DNA from: a virus
Taxonomy: Duplodnaviria; Caudoviricetes
Reading direction: 5' to 3' (one strand)
Virus record (IMG/VR): IMGVR_UViG_3300005805_000171
Span: 1-41,014 of that record
DNA length: 41,014 nucleotides
How positions within the stretch are numbered: position 1 is the stretch's first letter; each line of letters begins with the position of its first letter. Both the position numbers and the translations under genes were made by a program. Below the pieces are notes generated by a model. It worked only from the letters and a program-made list of their open reading frames with translations, searched no databases and was not told the DNA's origin. Positions 39,001 to 41,014 of this stretch are shown here, piece by piece.

Positions 39001-41014
39001 AGTTTCATTAGTAACATATGATGACCCCGCATCCCAATAAGCAAGTCCCGCTTCTACGGAACGATTGTTGGAAGCATATTTCAAATCATAAGAGACTGCA
39101 TCAACAATATAACCAACATCTCTCTTACACTTGGTAGAATCATATGTTGTACTCAATCCAATATTTGGATAGTTGAATTCAACGAAAGCTACAACTTCTT
39201 CTTGAATAAATTCTCTATTCAACTCTAAAAGTTCCGATGCATCACTATATCTACCCACTAAAGGAACTGATGTTGTGCCAGTAAATTGTGGGCTAATATC
39301 ATCTATTCGGATGACTTTATTTGTTTGATTTAGAATATATGGTCTAAGTTCTACACCTTCAGTAAAGAAGATTTTATCTGTAGATCCGTCTGGATATGGT
39401 TCGTCTTCATATACTAAAGCATAATTTTTCCTAGTTGACATATCAACTTCACTATCAATATTAAAGAAGAGATCGGAAGATCCACCCAAAAGTTTTGGTT
39501 TCATATTTTGGGATCTTGCAATACCAACTAAAACTTCTTCGGAAGTTGGTTGAGTAAACAAAGTATAATCTGAAAATTCTTGGAATCCCGATGGATGAAC
39601 TATAGATCTTACCGATTCTCTCCATGTAGAATATGGTACATTAGTTCTTAAAGAATATGAAAACTTTTGATAATAGAAATTGTCAGAAATTCTTTGTTGG
39701 AAATCATTTAAAATTCCATCAGTGTTTGTGGAAGAAGTATTGTCTCTAGTTGCGGATAAAGTGGAATCAATCTCAAATGAATTAAAATATTCAACAACAC
39801 CAGAAACTTTTGAGTATTCACCAAATAAAACATCACCAATTTGAAGATCCCCAACAGAATCGGTTATTCTCATTTGATTTAATTTATTGTCCCACCCACT
39901 TTCCATTATTTTTCCACTAAATTTTGGAGATGTGACTTTTTCAGCAGATTGGTAGTTGACATCATCTTTCAATACCATTCTAAAAGAAGACATGTCTTTC
40001 TTATTAATGACAACTCCTCTTCTGTCACTATTATAAGTACCGAAACCACCTGTAGCTATTCCAGACATACTATAAGTTATAGTATTGTTTGAAGTGCTTA
40101 CACCAGTAACTGTAAAAAATCTATAATCATATGAAGATGAATTGTAGTTTGCCAATGAACTTGTTTCATCTATTAACAAACATTTTTCTATAAAAATTTC
40201 ATCTCCAATTGAAAATGGAAATACAGTTATAGTTGATCCATATCCAGAATTTATGAGTGGATATGAAGTTGGTGTATTAAATAACTCTATAGTTACATCA
40301 CTACCAGCAACACTAAATGCATCTATTTCATAACCATTAGAATTATAAATCGGAATAATATCTAATGGTGAACTAAGAGATCTAGAATTTTTTATTATAT
40401 CTACAGATACAACAGATCCCCCACTAATATTTGATTTTAATTCAATATCTTCACCATTTTTTACAAACAATATGGGTGGGGTATTATATTTTGATCCTGC
40501 ATTTATAATTTCAACTCTATCTATTGTTCTGATGTCTTTTATTCCACAAACTATTGTAGTACTAAGTTGTGCCGACAATGTTGGATCAGTTGGATAATCG
40601 AATCCATCTTTTATCCTTTTGAGAGATTCGATTTTTCCGATATCATCAGATATTAATTTAAGAACAGCATTATCCCCATTTTCAGATTGGATATCTAAAA
40701 TAGAAGGAATCTTTTTGTATCCTCTACCACCAAAATTTATTTTTATATTTTCAATAGGACCATCAGCAGTTTCAGAAGTTGTAGTATAAGTTATTCTTGA
40801 TGTTGGTAGTATATTTATTTCGGTTGGAGTTAACTGTTTTGTCGAATTAAAAGAAAAAACATTATCATCAATAACTAAATCTATTTTTATTTTAGTATTC
40901 AATTGATGATCGATAATATTAATCTTATTAAATGAATCGACTTCTTTATCTACAGATACTTGATATTTACTCTGATCTAGTGGGCTTATTGGATTTAATT
41001 TATAATATAAAACT
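33004..41014 (-). CDS. gp7: Baseplate wedge initiator (gp7-like), 5' end outside the window
   Basis: QRISDNFYYQKFSYSL..W...V...VHPSG motif and position upstream of gp8. The frame has no stop between 40902 and 41014 (VLYYKLNPISPLDQSKYQ...), so the track's TTG start is an edge artefact. Confidence 0.85.
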   Translation of the reverse strand, partial: VLYYKLNPISPLDQSKYQVSVDKEVDSFNKINIIDHQLNTKIKIDLVIDDNVFSFNSTKQLTPTEINILPTSRITYTTTSETADGPIENIKINFGGRGYKKIPSILDIQSENGDNAVLKLISDDIGKIESLKRIKDGFDYPTDPTLSAQLSTTIVCGIKDIRTIDRVEIINAGSKYNTPPILFVKNGEDIELKSNISGGSVVSVDIIKNSRSLSSPLDIIPIYNSNGYEIDAFSVAGSDVTIELFNTPTSYPLINSGYGSTITVFPFSIGDEIFIEKCLLIDETSSLANYNSSSYDYRFFTVTGVSTSNNTITYSMSGIATGGFGTYNSDRRGVVINKKDMSSFRMVLKDDVNYQSAEKVTSPKFSGKIMESGWDNKLNQMRITDSVGDLQIGDVLFGEYSKVSGVVEYFNSFEIDSTLSATRDNTSSTNTDGILNDFQQRISDNFYYQKFSYSLRTNVPYSTWRESVRSIVHPSGFQEFSDYTLFTQPTSEEVLVGIARSQNMKPKLLGGSSDLFFNIDSEVDMSTRKNYALVYEDEPYPDGSTDKIFFTEGVELRPYILNQTNKVIRIDDISPQFTGTTSVPLVGRYSDASELLELNREFIQEEVVAFVEFNYPNIGLSTTYDSTKCKRDVGYIVDAVSYDLKYASNNRSVEAGLAYWDAGSSYVTNETEETLFAYNYVKFIGQYVINNQTPPTLYQTSIAQQFNFDILQDPLNDGTSKYKNARSLILLNKREIQDRSLASVAVAHSDFYFPGDSPTNSRSRYYDGYRLIQQNRTEIVDTAWTNTIATYPGVISTETKCKRDLGYFVDAVSLDIFTGGNAYSREFVLKYFDNGLPISNGLAGEILESIFAFGEAATMMRKAVRNELTIKDLTVTAGPPVYGIGVTVSNTSLTACTDVQNSIISLSGIVTAIISLGSTSTLPFANPGTYTTGGLKCFRDLGYIIDGVAQDISYGTNQHTIYNTKKYFDGVGIAITNGLVGEESQSILVFETSKYFMKQAITNQLYARDLTIEVDPLTGVNTSTSSFIDIQTNIDTLVGILTVAIGNSSLSGIPTESYGTTDCADVRTSLGNYVGIITTIIGLGTDFAPPLTYASLSLGGAVVGLTTFKLKNKGISLFKHEFDSNDSNIVSVSQNVITIFNHNYQTGQELIYDFGTGSPIGIATTSYVGVGASILMNVHELDGTAVFENGYSVSISTSVSGISTILSPVGPISKSYVQSVGLTTTGTGAEFTVLITYSPSTGQPLSTSILPTKGGSGYVVGQTVSIAGTYIGGLSPTNDLTFVISKTGPTGIQTRANEVYIDVPSDDSNGAIFNISRDSSGYISVVDVINGGVGYNSTSVVSVAGTYLGGSTDDYVSFTPSEIGSNKLPETVFVYKLNDNQFGLLGLSTSPIFLDINSLGIGLHSLSLKNPNSSAFISVDNVVQPPLSRTPLTISLGSSVSTATTTILPVTSGITSVIVGDIIKLNDEYLEIKNILLSQNNIDVERGSFGSTAGIHSSATTASIFKGKFNIVGDTIFFATAPYGPTGPVGVETRSSFSGRVFSRQINSAEPRDRNIILDDISDSFTGIAATQFTVKVDGETTTTLFNNVNNTTDINNIPLIFINGVFQSPISDVTVENPVSNSLVFLSGTPAAGRISAVSISTSFGYQPRLVASADAVVSIGGTISSITVTGGGSGYRNPPPVSLASTIGYGASLVALVGTSGTTLGIITSIQVVSPGVGYTVTSPPKVVIGIPTGYSNLGLAYTGGTSGVGQKAKITIEVGSGSSITNFKFDEPGIGYKVGDKLKVVGVPTIPGTTVEEFVLTVDSVETDSFSGFYPGQFIVFNDISSSFNGFRKKFTLSAEINGENQILNLRTPPGTDLDITNNIFIFINDILQDPTYAYTFQGSRVVFTEAPIENSKCVILYYRGSSVDVSEIIPPKTIKEGDLIRVQESNIDIFDIEQSDRVVKTLTSSDQLETFVYSSIGINTDSAKLRPLTWKKQKQDRIISGTLFSKSRPNVQANITPTATVIKKILPSDDVIYVDNAFPLFSDLDQLNENIRDIIITEDKEVFSAVATAVVSGASTVGSIVITNPGVGYANTLSPKVRISSSAIQKKDPIYNWQYVNLSGITTLSVFNELSYGNQFVAVGNSSLYAYSFDGETWITGNVGVGSTVNLKSVKKVSVGSSDIILTTGSSAKIAQAVGYSSTITSWTEIPCLEEITLVGVGVVGYNPTTYSGTFNSICAGNNGWVVVGAGGSIFTASGIVTSRFISRFSGVLQDLNSVAYGNNYYVAVGNNGTVISSDQGLTWDINQNGVLLQKYNKVIYDGNRFIVVGNSGTILKSINRNLYEPIPNNINSSEDIVNITYFDGLYVGITSMNKMYYSYDLSNWTFRDTLQSNNLTDLTFVETLGIEGTFVAVGYGATIIKSTPVYHRATAESIVTDGQVSSINVIDGGFGYFNSKIPSIIIEPDSFKTELVKSFKVVGDYGDIVGVTTFLPGTPGIGTVSPKIEFVLKSETYDNSTLGIGYSSPNTFGVTNSQLEKGDYFVISQSNVQTDGSLIGISTFLGGMSNYPNSKIGVATNFLDGVYIVEDVTAPFSGIVTVTCHFAPDYGTSVSVSNRGTYDTGTLTFSGINTNGFYGRYSWSKIYDFQNRSLSLTGSKSFDVYTDNGLTGLSTSPKIVRTRPNLSN
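37762..39252 (-). repeat. Three nested phycobiliprotein-like helical domains inside gp7
   Basis: KCKRDVGYIVDA (Cys 39127-39129), KCKRDLGYFVDA (38611-38613), KCFRDLGYIIDG (38203-38205); closing helices ACTDVQ, SFIDIQ, DCADVR. Confidence 0.7.

Noticed and set aside
40900-40902. TTG start of gp7 given by the track
   Set aside because: The frame remains open to the window edge, so the true start is upstream.

Overview
A 41 kb stretch of the virion structural module of a T4-like myovirus. Gene order and content match cyanomyoviruses. All credible genes are on the minus strand and read, right to left: gp7-like baseplate wedge (5' end outside the window), gp8, a VrlC/DUF4815-like protein, four small or medium structural ORFs, an acidic repeat protein, a 3316-aa tail fibre with a C-terminal S74 chaperone, gp13, gp14, gp15, gp16, two probable internal head proteins, a 58-aa ORF missed by the ORF track, and gp17 terminase (3' end outside the window). 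T4-type late promoters and two intrinsic terminators punctuate the module. The main observation is that the tail fibre and gp7 each carry a paralogous insert of phycobiliprotein-like helical domains (4 and 3 copies), nested one inside another. Most copies retain a K-C-x-R-D-x-G-Y motif resembling the Cys84 bilin-attachment site and a second Cys resembling beta-Cys153/155. This suggests a possibly bilin-bearing, light-responsive virion. The missed 58-aa ORF looks NblA-like. All family assignments were made by eye from remembered motifs; no searches were run.
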